Assembly (NCBI GenBank): GCA_002746305.1
Contig: NVWV01000008.1
Coordinates: 125,353-189,352 of the forward strand
Direction of reading: 5' to 3'
Source: Bacteroidota bacterium
Lineage (GTDB): Bacteria; Bacteroidota; Bacteroidia; NS11-12g; UBA9320
DNA: 64,000 nt
The notes under the pieces are model-generated. The model worked only from the letters and a program-made list of their open reading frames with translations. It was not told the origin of the DNA and made no database searches. How positions within the stretch are numbered: position 1 is the stretch's first letter; each line of letters begins with the position of its first letter. The position numbers and the translations under genes are program-made. Below, piece by piece: positions 19,412 to 30,085 of this stretch.

Positions 19412-19478
19412 CTTATAGCTACAACACTTTAAACACTTACCTTTGGGAATTTTGGAAACTACAGAACTTCACTAAATA

Positions 19479-19697
19479 ATGAACAATGCAATCAATCAAA
19501 AAATCACAGCCGTTTGTAATGATAAAATTTTGAAGAAAGGAGAAAATGTAGGACTTTCATTCTACGCCTTTTTCGCGAATAAAAACGATAATCCAAAACT
19601 ACTTATGGAAGTAGCAGAGTGGTGGATTAAGAAACATAAACTTAATCATTTCGAGAAAGCAGTAAAAATTAAAGAAATGATCCAAAATAAATTATGA
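19479..19697 (+). CDS. hypothetical small protein
   Basis: 72-aa ORF following the HxlR gene. No motif. Confidence 0.25.
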   Translation: MNNAINQKITAVCNDKILKKGENVGLSFYAFFANKNDNPKLLMEVAEWWIKKHKLNHFEKAVKIKEMIQNKL

Positions 19698-19787
19698 TTG
19701 CGAAGAGATTAAATATCTCTAGCAAATAATAGCACGACGAATCATCTTGTATCTCTACTTTACTCTTAAAATTCTTACTTTTACCCT

Positions 19788-20564
19788 ATGAAAATCCAGT
19801 TCTCACTTGTAGTCCTTTTAATTTTAGGTTTAGCCGCATGCTCATCTCATGAATATGAAAAACAAAAGGGAATATCTCTTGAGCAGACCAATGAAAATGT
19901 AAACAGCAACGAATTGGAAAATAATCAGCAATTCAAAGATCTTCAAACTCGACCAGGAAAAGTGCTTTATACCGGGCACAAGGAACATAGGCTAGTTTCC
20001 ATATTTAAGCTAAACTATAGTCCAAAAACGAAAAAGTATTTCACAGGCAGTAATGCATACCACACCATATACAGTTATAATGAATATACAGGTAATCACT
20101 ACACTAACTTTATGCCTGGACTAGAGGCTACTTATGGATACAATATGCTCAACATATCTCACTACAACAGAGATTCAAACGAGAACAATTTATTCTTCGA
20201 GAAACCAGTTCTCATTAACAACCTATATTACCCATCTGAAAGTCAAGATAGCCTCAATAATCAACCTATAACACGAGACTACTATCTTGTTTCTGTATAC
20301 GATGAAGATTCTAATAACGATAGTCTAATCAACCACAAAGACTTAAGAAGATTATATCATTTCGATATCGATGGTAAGAATAAATCATTGCTTATACCCA
20401 AAAAGTATAGTGTTATGGGTTCACAATACGACACAAATAATGATCACATGCTTATACGAGCTAGGTTGGACAAAAATGAAAATGGAAGTATTGACGAAAA
20501 CGATGCCATCCATATTTTTTGGATTGACTTAAAAAAACCCAAAGAAGGGGTTAGACTATACTAA
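19788..20564 (+). CDS. lipoprotein with EF-hand-like Ca-binding loop
   Basis: Lipobox LAACS. DKNENGSIDEND fits a 12-residue EF-hand loop (D1,N3,N5,G6,I8,D12). Confidence 0.4.
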   Translation: MKIQFSLVVLLILGLAACSSHEYEKQKGISLEQTNENVNSNELENNQQFKDLQTRPGKVLYTGHKEHRLVSIFKLNYSPKTKKYFTGSNAYHTIYSYNEYTGNHYTNFMPGLEATYGYNMLNISHYNRDSNENNLFFEKPVLINNLYYPSESQDSLNNQPITRDYYLVSVYDEDSNNDSLINHKDLRRLYHFDIDGKNKSLLIPKKYSVMGSQYDTNNDHMLIRARLDKNENGSIDENDAIHIFWIDLKKPKEGVRLY

Positions 20565-20569
20565 CACAC

Positions 20570-21067
20570 TTACTTCTCCCAAATACAAAAGTCAAATGCA
20601 AATTCATTAACTTCATTTGCCTCATACGGAACACACTGAGTTTGTTCCCAACCAATTAAATTAGGCTCTGGGAAATACGCGTCAGCTTCTGGAAACTCAG
20701 ATTTAACTTCACTCAGATACATCCTATCTACCAAGTCCAAAGACTGACGGTAAATCTCTGCACCTCCCAAAATAAAAATTTCTCCATTTTGCTCCAATTG
20801 ATGTCCCAATTCAATAGCTTCTTCAAGAGAATTGGTTACAAATGCCCCTTTTGCTTTGTAGTCTTTGTTTCGGGTGATAATGATATTACTCCTATTTGGC
20901 AATGGCCTTCCAATGCTCTCAAAACTCTTCCGACCATGTATCACTACATGGCCTGCTGTTGTGCTTTTAAATAGCTTTAAATCATCCTTTATCTTCCAAA
21001 GGAGGTCATTGTCTTTTCCTATGGCATTGTCCTGAGCTCGAGCTACGATGAGAGAAATACTGTTCAC
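20570..21067 (-). CDS. folA: dihydrofolate reductase
   Basis: LIVARAQDNAIGKDNDLLW...GRKSFESIGRPLPNRSNIIITR parallels the E. coli FolA core. Confidence 0.8.
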   Translation of the reverse strand: MNSISLIVARAQDNAIGKDNDLLWKIKDDLKLFKSTTAGHVVIHGRKSFESIGRPLPNRSNIIITRNKDYKAKGAFVTNSLEEAIELGHQLEQNGEIFILGGAEIYRQSLDLVDRMYLSEVKSEFPEADAYFPEPNLIGWEQTQCVPYEANEVNEFAFDFCIWEK

Positions 21068-21099
21068 TCTGCAAAGTAAATTTATTCTTCCTTTAATAA

Positions 21100-21765
21100 T
21101 TGACTTGGTTTGAGGTTAATTTCGCAGCTTTATTGAATACATACTTGGAGCGACAAATCACATTTGAACAAAAGGCCACACTAGAGCGGCTAGGTAGTGG
21201 GAATAAACTATTGTATGTACTTCATGGCTACGGTCAACTTGCCAAGTTCTTTATTCGGCAGTTTAAACCTGCTGAGACTATGGACTATACTATAGTGGCA
21301 CCTGAAGGTCTTCACCGATTTTATTTAGAAGGCACAAAAGGTCGAGTTGGAGCAAGCTGGATGACAAAGGAGAATCGTGAGCAGGACATTCAAAACTACC
21401 TAAGCTATTTGAATGCCATTCACCTTCAATTATCTGCTGAAAAGGATTGGGATAAAATTGTAGTTTTGGGATTTAGTCAAGGTGTAGCTACAGCCTTTCG
21501 TTGGCTTGCAGAGAGTGATATAAAACCTAGTAAATTCCTAATTTGTAGCGGGTTAGTACCTCCAGATGTTGATTTAAACATTAAGAAAGGAATCTTTGAC
21601 CCTATTAAGATGACTTATTTCAGTGGAGTGCATGATCCGTATAGAACAGAAGCGTCTGTTAAGGAGTTTTACGATGCTGTAACTAGCAGTAAGTTGGATA
21701 TGGAATTGGTTAATTTTGAGGGAGTGCATGAGATAAATGTAGATGGGGTTATGGAAAGACTCTAA
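21100..21765 (+). CDS. alpha/beta hydrolase (phospholipase/carboxylesterase family)
   Basis: Nucleophile elbow LGFSQG. About 220 aa. Confidence 0.5.
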   Translation: MTWFEVNFAALLNTYLERQITFEQKATLERLGSGNKLLYVLHGYGQLAKFFIRQFKPAETMDYTIVAPEGLHRFYLEGTKGRVGASWMTKENREQDIQNYLSYLNAIHLQLSAEKDWDKIVVLGFSQGVATAFRWLAESDIKPSKFLICSGLVPPDVDLNIKKGIFDPIKMTYFSGVHDPYRTEASVKEFYDAVTSSKLDMELVNFEGVHEINVDGVMERL

Positions 21766-22614
21766 TCAGAATTCCTTTAAGCTCAAATCCAAGCTTTTCA
21801 CTGAATGGGTTAAAGCTCCAACTGAAATGTAATCTACTCCAGTTTCTGCGTAACTACGTATAGTCTTGCCGGTAATACCCCCACTTGCTTCGGTTTCACA
21901 CTGTCCGTTAACCAGCTTCACTCCTTCTACCATTTGCTCTGGCGAAAAATTATCAAACATTATTCTGTCCACTAAACCCGTATCCATTGCCTCTTGAACT
22001 TCTTCTAAATTCCGTGTTTCCACCTCTATTTTAAGATTCTTTCCTTTGGCTTCAAGATATTCTTTAGTCCGTTTTACTCCTTTAGTAATTCCACCAGCAT
22101 AGTCGTTGTGATTATCCTTAAGCATCACCATATCCCAAAGAGCAAATCTATGATTTACACCACCACCCACTTTTACTGCGTACTTCTCAAAAGTCCTAAG
22201 TCCGGGAGTTGTTTTGCGTGTATCCAGTAACTTTGCATTCGTTCCTTCTATTTTATCTACCAATCGTTTGGTAACTGTTGCAATTCCACTCATTCGTTGC
22301 ATAAAATTTAACATTAACCTCTCTGCCTGTAAAATACTATGTACACTTCCTTTAACTGTAAATGCAATATCTCCAAATTTCACTTCCGCTCCCTCCTCTA
22401 TCAATTGATTAAAAGCAACCTCAGAGTCCATTCGTTCCATAATGTGCTTTGCCAACGGAATACCACAAAGAACCCCCTCATCTTTCACCAAAAGACGTGC
22501 TTGGCCTTGTGTCCCTTCAGGTATTGACCCCAAACTCGAATGGTCTCCATCTCCAATATCTTCCGCTATTGCCAAGTCAATAAGTTGTACTACAAACGGG
22601 TCTTTAAAATCCAT
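21766..22614 (-). CDS. nadC: nicotinate-nucleotide pyrophosphorylase (carboxylating)
   Basis: Matches QPRTase length and fold motifs (LLDTRKTTPGLR, MLKDNH, GGITGKTI). Confidence 0.75.
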   Translation of the reverse strand: MDFKDPFVVQLIDLAIAEDIGDGDHSSLGSIPEGTQGQARLLVKDEGVLCGIPLAKHIMERMDSEVAFNQLIEEGAEVKFGDIAFTVKGSVHSILQAERLMLNFMQRMSGIATVTKRLVDKIEGTNAKLLDTRKTTPGLRTFEKYAVKVGGGVNHRFALWDMVMLKDNHNDYAGGITKGVKRTKEYLEAKGKNLKIEVETRNLEEVQEAMDTGLVDRIMFDNFSPEQMVEGVKLVNGQCETEASGGITGKTIRSYAETGVDYISVGALTHSVKSLDLSLKEF

Positions 22615-22658
22615 GAAACAAAACTAACAATTGAATAATTGAATCATAGAATAATTGA

Positions 22659-23342
22659 ATGCTTTATTTTCGTCTCAAAATAAAATCTGTGGTACATATA
22701 CTTTCTAAGGAATTTTCTCTTATCAATGAGTTTCTGCGTGAACTAAGAGACAAAGACATACAACAAGACCGTGCTCGTTTTCGTAAAAACATAGAACGCA
22801 TTGGACAAATTGCTGCATACGAAATAAGTAAACAAATGGAAAGTGAACTTCATTTTACGACAACACCTTTGGGTATTGCTCAAGCCAAAAAAATGAAAGA
22901 ACAGCCCATCATTGCAACAATACTTCGGGCCGGATTACCTCTACAACGCGGTATGAATGAAATGTTTGACCAAGCTGATTTGGCTTACATTTCTGCATAT
23001 AGAAAGCACACATCAAAAACAAACAGTAGTCTTTTTAAAATAATTTTGGAATATGTTGCGACCCCAGATATAAATGACCGCATTCTTATTATATGTGACC
23101 CTATGCTTGCCACTGGTCAAAGTCTTGTTGAGACCTATGAAGCTTTTATGCAAAAAGGGAAGCCAAGTAAGGTGTTTTTAGTATCTGTAATAGGTAGTCA
23201 ACAAGGTGTAGACTATGTAACTTCCAATATCCCCAATGCTGATTTATGGATTGGTGTAATAGATGAAACACTAGACAAAAATGGATACATTGTCCCTGGA
23301 TTAGGAGATGCTGGAGATTTATCATTTGGCACTAAACTTTAG
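22659..23342 (+). CDS. upp: uracil phosphoribosyltransferase
   Basis: ILRAGL, DPMLATG and YIVPGLGDAGDLSFGTK match the E. coli Upp motifs almost exactly. Confidence 0.85.
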   Translation: MLYFRLKIKSVVHILSKEFSLINEFLRELRDKDIQQDRARFRKNIERIGQIAAYEISKQMESELHFTTTPLGIAQAKKMKEQPIIATILRAGLPLQRGMNEMFDQADLAYISAYRKHTSKTNSSLFKIILEYVATPDINDRILIICDPMLATGQSLVETYEAFMQKGKPSKVFLVSVIGSQQGVDYVTSNIPNADLWIGVIDETLDKNGYIVPGLGDAGDLSFGTKL

Positions 23343-23353
23343 ATCATAAAAAA

Positions 23354-24043
23354 ATGCCAAAAAATATTTTTTTTGATTTAGATCATACCATTTGGGACTT
23401 TAATGCTAACGCAGACGAGACTTTACGAGAATTGTATGATGTTTATAAAATCAAAGAGCTTACAGGAAGAAACATAGACGATTTTATAGCTATATACATT
23501 CGTCACAATCACAACCTTTGGTCGCTCTACAGACAAAATAAGGTAGACAAAGAAGTTCTTAGAACAAAACGATTTGAAGATACATTCCGTGAAATGGGAG
23601 TACCTGAAGACAAAATCCCCTTTAATATTTGGGAGACATATCTAGAAATCTGCCCAACAAAAACGAAACTCTTACCTGGTGCGAGAGAAACCCTTGACTA
23701 TCTCTCTGGAAAGTATGACATCCACATGATCACCAATGGGTTTGCAGAAACACAAAGAAGAAAATTAAAACATTCTGACTTGGGTAAATACTTTAAAACA
23801 CTGACAATATCTGAAGAGGTGGGAGTGCAAAAGCCACATCCTTTAATTTTTAAAACAGCTCTTCTAAATGCAGGAAGCAGTCTAAAGACAAGTCATTATG
23901 TCGGAGACAATTTTGAAGCAGATATTAAAGGAGCTCTGGGTTCTGGCTGGAAGGCATACTGGATTTGTGATGATTGGAATGATTTCGTGCACGAAGACTG
24001 CAGAATAATCTTAGATTTAAGGGATTTAAAGAAATATTTCTAA
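23354..24043 (+). CDS. HAD-IA hydrolase, YjjG-like pyrimidine 5'-nucleotidase
   Basis: FFDLDHTIWDF (DxDxT). Sits adjacent to upp. Confidence 0.6.
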   Translation: MPKNIFFDLDHTIWDFNANADETLRELYDVYKIKELTGRNIDDFIAIYIRHNHNLWSLYRQNKVDKEVLRTKRFEDTFREMGVPEDKIPFNIWETYLEICPTKTKLLPGARETLDYLSGKYDIHMITNGFAETQRRKLKHSDLGKYFKTLTISEEVGVQKPHPLIFKTALLNAGSSLKTSHYVGDNFEADIKGALGSGWKAYWICDDWNDFVHEDCRIILDLRDLKKYF

Positions 24044-25323
24044 ATTCTGAAGAAGCTAAAAAACAGCCCCCAATTCCAATTGTTTTCTGACTGCCAGCAA
24101 CCGTCAAAATTAAATTGAGCTACAAACAGAAGTGCTGCTACAACTATGACTCCTATCCAAGTTATTCTCACTATTGGTTTAGACAAACTTGAGAAAAAAC
24201 CTGCAATGGGAAGGGCAAAAAATGCCAAATGTTCTGTAAACCCTCTGTGACCAAATCCACATCCCAACTCTGGGGACCACCATGCAGCATAGGTAAAACT
24301 GATTACTAAAAAGAAAATCGGATAAATCAAAGACAGATAGTTCTTCACTCGAAATTGCTGAATGACAGCCACAAAAACGAGCACTAATAATGGGCTGTAT
24401 AAAAGGGCTCCGTTATTAGGTGAAAACCATAACATCAACAAATCCATACTGCTTAAATTGGAAAAACTCTCATTTTCATATCCATCTGCTATTGGTTTAC
24501 CATAGGCATAGTAATTATAGCTTATCTGTAAAAGAAGTGGAATAGCTCCTAGTATCACTCCAACAATCCATCCCCAAAGGCGTATGCTAAATTTCAGCCT
24601 CTTAATCTTATTTCTATGAATTAATAGGATATAAGTCAAAGGCAGTAAAACGAACAGTAAATTTAGAGGTCGAAGTACTATGAGCAATGAGAATAAAGGT
24701 AGAAGCAAAAGGACATCCCTAGTTGCAATTTTCTGTCTATCCAAACAACTAAAAACTAGGTACTGGATTGCCGCAAAAACAGTAAACGAATAGGTATGAG
24801 ACATTCCACAATCTCTGGTCATATAGTAAAGAAGGTTTGTTGTAAACAACAGAGTAAACACCAACAAATAGGCTCTATTCCTTGATAGACTCCAATATCT
24901 GATAGCCGTTAAAAAAATCAAAACAAGACCCAATACACCCCAGACAGCAGTTGCCCAGTTTAATGCAAGATGATGAGTATCCGTAAAGCCTTGATTCGAG
25001 TTTATCTCTTTTACAGCATCTACACCGCTAGCTAAAGCAAAGAAAGGCAACTGGCATATTGCCACTCCAATTGGATACTTGGTAATAATCTTATTCTCCT
25101 CAAACCTAAATCCATTACCAGTCTTCTCAACCAAGGACTTCTCCATACTATCCGCCTCCATATCATAATAAAAGTAGCCTGGTAGATAGACGTGATATCC
25201 TGCTTTATCCGCAAAAATTTGAGAATGATAATTAAAAATAGGATGATGTGAATGTCTATTGAGACTTATGAAAAGTAGTCCTACAAAAAGAAGTAGAAAT
25301 ATTATTTTGTCTAAAAGTCTCAT
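24040..25323 (-). CDS. polytopic membrane protein, possibly GT-C-type glycosyltransferase-like
   Basis: 427 aa with ~11 TM and an N-terminal loop containing acidic and aromatic residues. Assignment is weak. Confidence 0.3.
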   Translation of the reverse strand: MRLLDKIIFLLLFVGLLFISLNRHSHHPIFNYHSQIFADKAGYHVYLPGYFYYDMEADSMEKSLVEKTGNGFRFEENKIITKYPIGVAICQLPFFALASGVDAVKEINSNQGFTDTHHLALNWATAVWGVLGLVLIFLTAIRYWSLSRNRAYLLVFTLLFTTNLLYYMTRDCGMSHTYSFTVFAAIQYLVFSCLDRQKIATRDVLLLLPLFSLLIVLRPLNLLFVLLPLTYILLIHRNKIKRLKFSIRLWGWIVGVILGAIPLLLQISYNYYAYGKPIADGYENESFSNLSSMDLLMLWFSPNNGALLYSPLLVLVFVAVIQQFRVKNYLSLIYPIFFLVISFTYAAWWSPELGCGFGHRGFTEHLAFFALPIAGFFSSLSKPIVRITWIGVIVVAALLFVAQFNFDGCWQSENNWNWGLFFSFFRI

Positions 25324-25447
25324 TTAAGACGCAAAGCTAAAAATATAATCACCAACCCATTACTAAAACTCTCTTTACCAAGAATATACTGTTTCCACTC
25401 TTATCCACCTAATATTGGTTTTCCCCTATTATTAGTATTTTAGCGAT

Positions 25448-26155
25448 ATGAAAACAATTCTAACTAGCTTGTTAACTCTATTTTTTTGTTCCAACATCTG
25501 TGCTCAAGACCCTTATGGTACTCCACTCTCTGAGGTAAAACAAATGCTATCTGACCATCCATCTTTGTACGATAGTCTTAGAACACAATTATTTGCTGGA
25601 GACTCTTTGGGTGGTGGAGACCTATTTACTATCTATTATGGCGTCGCTTATCAAGATAATTACTCTCCCTATGGACAAGGGTCCGAAATCAAAATAATTT
25701 CCGAGTTACTTGACGAGAAAGAGTATAATAAAGCAGCCCAAGAAGGGGTCAAACTCATCGAATCCTCAGCATTAAACTTAAAAGCCATTCTCTACACTGC
25801 CTACTCTTATAGAATGGCAGACGACTCTCTTTCTTCGGCCAAATATTATAAGATGTACTACTCCATATTCTCTATTCCATATAACAGTGGTGATGGAGAA
25901 TCTGAAGAATCGGCTTTCGTAGTATCCTCGGTGCAAGATGAGTATCTGATTATAGATAAACTCGACGGGAAATTTAGCGGTCAAGCATTAGTAAGCAAAA
26001 ATGGATCTAGCTACGACGTTATGACCCTAAAGATAGATGATGAAGAAAAGCAACTTTACTTTAACATAGACCAACCATTTGGTATAGGTTTAGCAGGTAT
26101 GTTCAAGGATACAAAGTCTTCTAAGAAGAAAAAACGAAGGGAAAGAAGAAAGTAG
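25448..26155 (+). CDS. hypothetical secreted protein with basic C-terminal tail
   Basis: Signal peptide ...CAQ. KSSKKKKRRERRK tail. Confidence 0.35.
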   Translation: MKTILTSLLTLFFCSNICAQDPYGTPLSEVKQMLSDHPSLYDSLRTQLFAGDSLGGGDLFTIYYGVAYQDNYSPYGQGSEIKIISELLDEKEYNKAAQEGVKLIESSALNLKAILYTAYSYRMADDSLSSAKYYKMYYSIFSIPYNSGDGESEESAFVVSSVQDEYLIIDKLDGKFSGQALVSKNGSSYDVMTLKIDDEEKQLYFNIDQPFGIGLAGMFKDTKSSKKKKRRERRK

Positions 26156-26157
26156 GT

Positions 26158-27150
26158 CTAGTCATTCATCATACTCCAAAGCTTGTCTTTGAGCTCTAGA
26201 ATATTTTTACCTGAAACAGCAGATATAAATTCGTAATCGCAATCTACATCAATTTCTTTTCGCATAGCCGCTTCAAGTTCGTCATCCAACATATCACTTT
26301 TAGTAATTGCTAAAATTCGTTCTTTAAACATCAATTCTTCGTTGAATTTTTTCAACTCGTCCAATAGTATTTGATACTCTTTATTAATATCGTCACTATC
26401 AGCAGGTATCATAAATAACAAAACTGCATTTCGTTCTATGTGCCTTAAAAAGCGATGTCCCAAACCTTTACCTTCACTTGCTCCTTCAATTATTCCAGGA
26501 ATATCTGCCATTACGAATGACTTATACTCCCGATATTTTACTATCCCAAGATTGGGAGTTAGCGTTGTAAATGCATAATCTGCTATTTCAGGTTTAGCTG
26601 CAGAGACTACAGATAACAGTGTTGATTTTCCAGCATTGGGGAGACCGACAAGGCCAACATCTGCCAGTACTTTCAATTCTAAAACAAACCACTCTTCTTT
26701 ACCTGGCTGTCCCGGTTGAGCATATCGAGGAGTTTGATTGGTAGCACTTTTAAAATTGGTATTTCCCAATCCACCTTTACCACCTTTGAGCAAAACTATT
26801 TCTTGTCCATCTTCGGTAATTTCGCCCAGAACTTCAAATGTTTCGGGATGCTTTGCCACTGTTCCAAGAGGAACCTCCACGATTTGATTTTGACCACTTT
26901 TGCCTGTTTGGTGTTTCTTTTTACCTGGTGCTCCATCTCGACAAACTACATGGCGTTTATATTTTAAATGGAGCAGAGTCCAAAGTTGAGAATTCCCCTT
27001 TAAAACAATAGAGCCTCCTTTACCTCCATCGCCTCCATCAGGTCCTCCCTTAGCATTTAAGTTATCCCTAAAATAGCTATGACTTCCGGCTCCCCCTTTA
27101 CCACTCTTGCCATTGATCTTTACATAGTCTATAAAATTTTGATTGCTCAT
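26158..27150 (-). CDS. obg: GTPase Obg
   Basis: Gly-rich N-terminal Obg fold ([15 protein letters not shown]). G-domain [13 protein letters not shown]. Confidence 0.85.
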   Translation of the reverse strand: MSNQNFIDYVKINGKSGKGGAGSHSYFRDNLNAKGGPDGGDGGKGGSIVLKGNSQLWTLLHLKYKRHVVCRDGAPGKKKHQTGKSGQNQIVEVPLGTVAKHPETFEVLGEITEDGQEIVLLKGGKGGLGNTNFKSATNQTPRYAQPGQPGKEEWFVLELKVLADVGLVGLPNAGKSTLLSVVSAAKPEIADYAFTTLTPNLGIVKYREYKSFVMADIPGIIEGASEGKGLGHRFLRHIERNAVLLFMIPADSDDINKEYQILLDELKKFNEELMFKERILAITKSDMLDDELEAAMRKEIDVDCDYEFISAVSGKNILELKDKLWSMMND

Positions 27151-27195
27151 GGTTTACGATTTTCAGTATCTCTAGATAAATAAGAAGTTATAGAA

Positions 27196-27777
27196 TTACT
27201 CTTCTGATCGTGAGTCTATTGCATGCGTCAATCTCTCAAATATTTCATCAACAGAACCCATTCCATGTACTCCACGATACTTTTCTTGATCAGAATAAAA
27301 CACTGCTACAGGTGCTGTCTCTTCTTGATACACCTTAAATCTATTGCGAATGGTGTCTTCATTTTGATCATCAGCACGACCACTTGTTTTTCCCCTTTCA
27401 ATTAAACGCTTAACTAATTCGTCTTCATCCACCTCAAGAGCCACCATCATTGTAACTGTCGTATTATGCTCAGTAAGCATTCTATCAAGGGCCTCCCCTT
27501 GTGCAATAGTTCTTGGGTATCCATCAAATATAAAACCTTGCTCGTTCACGTTTCTTATGATAAAATCCTTTACCATATCATTTGTAACTTCATCAGGCAC
27601 TAACTCTCCTTTGTCTATGTAGCTTCTAGCCAACACACCAAGATCTGTTTCGTTCTTAATATTATAACGAAATACATCCCCAGTAGACAAATGTATTAGG
27701 TTATATTTTTCAATTAATTTAGCACTCTGGGTACCTTTTCCTGCACCTGGAGGGCCAAATAAAATAATGTTCAACAT
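27196..27777 (-). CDS. adk: adenylate kinase
   Basis: GPPGAGKGTQ P-loop. GFIFDGYPRT. LID region. Confidence 0.9.
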   Translation of the reverse strand: MLNIILFGPPGAGKGTQSAKLIEKYNLIHLSTGDVFRYNIKNETDLGVLARSYIDKGELVPDEVTNDMVKDFIIRNVNEQGFIFDGYPRTIAQGEALDRMLTEHNTTVTMMVALEVDEDELVKRLIERGKTSGRADDQNEDTIRNRFKVYQEETAPVAVFYSDQEKYRGVHGMGSVDEIFERLTHAIDSRSEE

Positions 27778-27843
27778 TGTTTCAATTAGTTGTGGTGCAA
27801 AGGTATAGAGAAATAGAAGATTGTAAAAAATTTACATGCTTTT

Positions 27844-29340
27844 TTATCTGCCAAATAAAGAATATACTTTTTTAAGAATGTTATTAAATATTAAATTAAC
27901 ATCTTCAGAAACATTCATTTTCAATATTGCAAACACATATAGACCAAGAGTTAACGCAGGAGGTATGAATAAATTCATCAATTCAGATCCAAATTTTGGC
28001 GAATACTCTAACATAATAAAAATCATTACCCCTAGAACTCCTACTTTAAATAAATCCAAAGTAATTGGATCCAAATTATATTTATACTTGACATAGAAAT
28101 ATTTCAATAAATTGAATGCACTTAGTGATATCAAAGTGGAAATAGCAGCTCCATTAATCCCAAATAAAGGAATAAGCTTAATATTTAAAAAAACATTGAG
28201 AAAAGATAAACCTAATACAAAATAAAAAAAAACAACATACTTCGGAGACATTGAGAGTATTTGACTGTTCAAACCAGACGCCATATCAAGCAATTTAGCA
28301 ACGCCTAAAATCAGTATAACCATTTTTCCTGCCTTAAACTCTGAACCTCTCGGCATCATAGCAAAAAGAGGGTCAATAGCAGCCCATATAACCAAGAAGA
28401 CTCCAAGACCCAATACAAATAAATTGATAGATGATTTACGATATATGATATTTAGTTCATCCATGTTTTTAGATTGCCAATGAGAAGCAATAAGTGGTGT
28501 TGCAATAGCTGCAACAAGGGTAAGTGGTACCATCACGGTATTGGAAATAAACATTGCTACTGAATATATCCCATTATCATAAGTAGATTTTAATGTAGTT
28601 ACCATTACACTATCTATTCGAGTGGCTACCTGACTGCCTATAGACGCAAGAACACCAAAACTGGCAAATTTTAACATTCCCAATAATCTTGGTTTATTCA
28701 GGCTTCTTGTAAATTTAGTGTTAAGACTAATTTTACTGATACTTTTAATATATAAAAAGAAAATAACGATAAGTATTAAGTAGAACAACACTAAAACTAA
28801 ATAAATAATACTAAAATCAAATAGCTTAAAGTAATACCCAAGGCACAAAATGGGCAATATTATTTTTATAAGATTGTTTAAAAAATTGGGTATTGCTATT
28901 CTTTTCAGATTGGCAGAAAAACTACTTGAAATAGAACTAAACGACATAAAAATAGCGATAAGTGGGATAGCATTTAAAGCTTCCTTACTTACCTCCTTAT
29001 CTGTATTAAAAAAATCAAATATTGACTCATGAAACAAATAATACAGGACTATCAATGAAAAACCTGTTAGAATGGGCGGGATATATAAAAAGGTTAAAAA
29101 ACCTGAAACTTCTTTGTTTGAACCATTATACTTTGAAAAAAACTTAGAACTAACTGAGGAGAAACCAAAGAGTAAAAAAGGTAGGATAAGTATTGCAGAT
29201 TGCAACACAAATTGTATTTCCCCAAGTTGTTCAATTTCAAGAGTAAGCGGATAAATTATTATAGTGTTTACAAAACCTAATATTATTGAAAAATAACTTA
29301 CTACACTTGATTTAGCTCCTTGCCTTATAACTACACCCAT
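27844..29340 (-). CDS. polysaccharide biosynthesis protein / Wzx-like flippase (MOP superfamily)
   Basis: 498 aa with ~14 TM, at the head of the glycan operon. Confidence 0.55.
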   Translation of the reverse strand: MGVVIRQGAKSSVVSYFSIILGFVNTIIIYPLTLEIEQLGEIQFVLQSAILILPFLLFGFSSVSSKFFSKYNGSNKEVSGFLTFLYIPPILTGFSLIVLYYLFHESIFDFFNTDKEVSKEALNAIPLIAIFMSFSSISSSFSANLKRIAIPNFLNNLIKIILPILCLGYYFKLFDFSIIYLVLVLFYLILIVIFFLYIKSISKISLNTKFTRSLNKPRLLGMLKFASFGVLASIGSQVATRIDSVMVTTLKSTYDNGIYSVAMFISNTVMVPLTLVAAIATPLIASHWQSKNMDELNIIYRKSSINLFVLGLGVFLVIWAAIDPLFAMMPRGSEFKAGKMVILILGVAKLLDMASGLNSQILSMSPKYVVFFYFVLGLSFLNVFLNIKLIPLFGINGAAISTLISLSAFNLLKYFYVKYKYNLDPITLDLFKVGVLGVMIFIMLEYSPKFGSELMNLFIPPALTLGLYVFAILKMNVSEDVNLIFNNILKKVYSLFGR

Positions 29341-29346
29341 TTGTAT

Positions 29347-30084
29347 TTAAGGTTCTAAATCTAACAGAGCACTACTAATTCCTCCATCTATACTTATTAC
29401 GGAGCCATTTAGATAGCGATTGTTATGAGTTGTAAGCTGTAATACAAATTCAGCAATATGTTCTGGTTTCCCGATAATTTGTGAAGGATGCAGCTCTGCA
29501 AGTTCTGTCAGCAATTCTGGTTTGTTATCAAACCCAGCTTTTAACATTTTTGTACCTACGGCAGCAGGACTAATTGCATTTACAGTTATTTTTCCTTTAA
29601 ATTCTACTGCCAATGATTTTGTCATGCCTACTAGTGCCGACTTTGATGTAGCATATGCAAAGAAATTAGGCTTGGTAAGTTGACTATGTATACTCGCTAT
29701 GTTAACTACTTGACCCTCGTTCGCACAAAGCTGACTATAAAGACTTTTTATTAAAACAAAACCAGCAGATACATTCACATTCATGGTTTTTGTCCATTCT
29801 TCTATGGTGAAATCTTCAAAATCATTAACGATTTGAGTAGCTGCATTGTTTATCAAAATAGATACACTCTCACTTGATATTTCTGAGAATTTGACTTTTC
29901 TGTAAGTCTCATCCGAAACAAATTTATCGAGGTCAACGCTATGATAATTTGAGAAGTATGAATGGGAACATTCCCCTTGTAAATCTGATGCTATGACAAA
30001 GTGATTTGACTCATAGTACGCTTTACAAAGTTCAGACCCTATACCTCCATTTGCCCCAGATATATAAACTTGCTTTTGCTTCAT
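29347..30084 (-). CDS. SDR family oxidoreductase
   Basis: VYISGANGGIGSEL. YATSKSAL (YxxxK). Confidence 0.7.
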   Translation of the reverse strand: MKQKQVYISGANGGIGSELCKAYYESNHFVIASDLQGECSHSYFSNYHSVDLDKFVSDETYRKVKFSEISSESVSILINNAATQIVNDFEDFTIEEWTKTMNVNVSAGFVLIKSLYSQLCANEGQVVNIASIHSQLTKPNFFAYATSKSALVGMTKSLAVEFKGKITVNAISPAAVGTKMLKAGFDNKPELLTELAELHPSQIIGKPEHIAEFVLQLTTHNNRYLNGSVISIDGGISSALLDLEP

Positions 30085-30085
30085 A

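Noticed and set aside
656-29254. Many 60-100-aa antisense or embedded ORFs from the track: 656-865, 2306-2548, 3261-3446, 5696-5938, 6828-7046, 10638-10856, 11588-11881, 14380-14565, 16525-16842, 17024-17281, 19153-19338, 20789-20974, 22214-22627, 23925-24107, 25032-25214, 25778-25984, 26716-26967, 27223-27405, 27836-28096, 28850-29254.
   Set aside because: All lie antisense to or nested in longer ORFs with recognisable motifs. None has a signal peptide, a motif or its own promoter.
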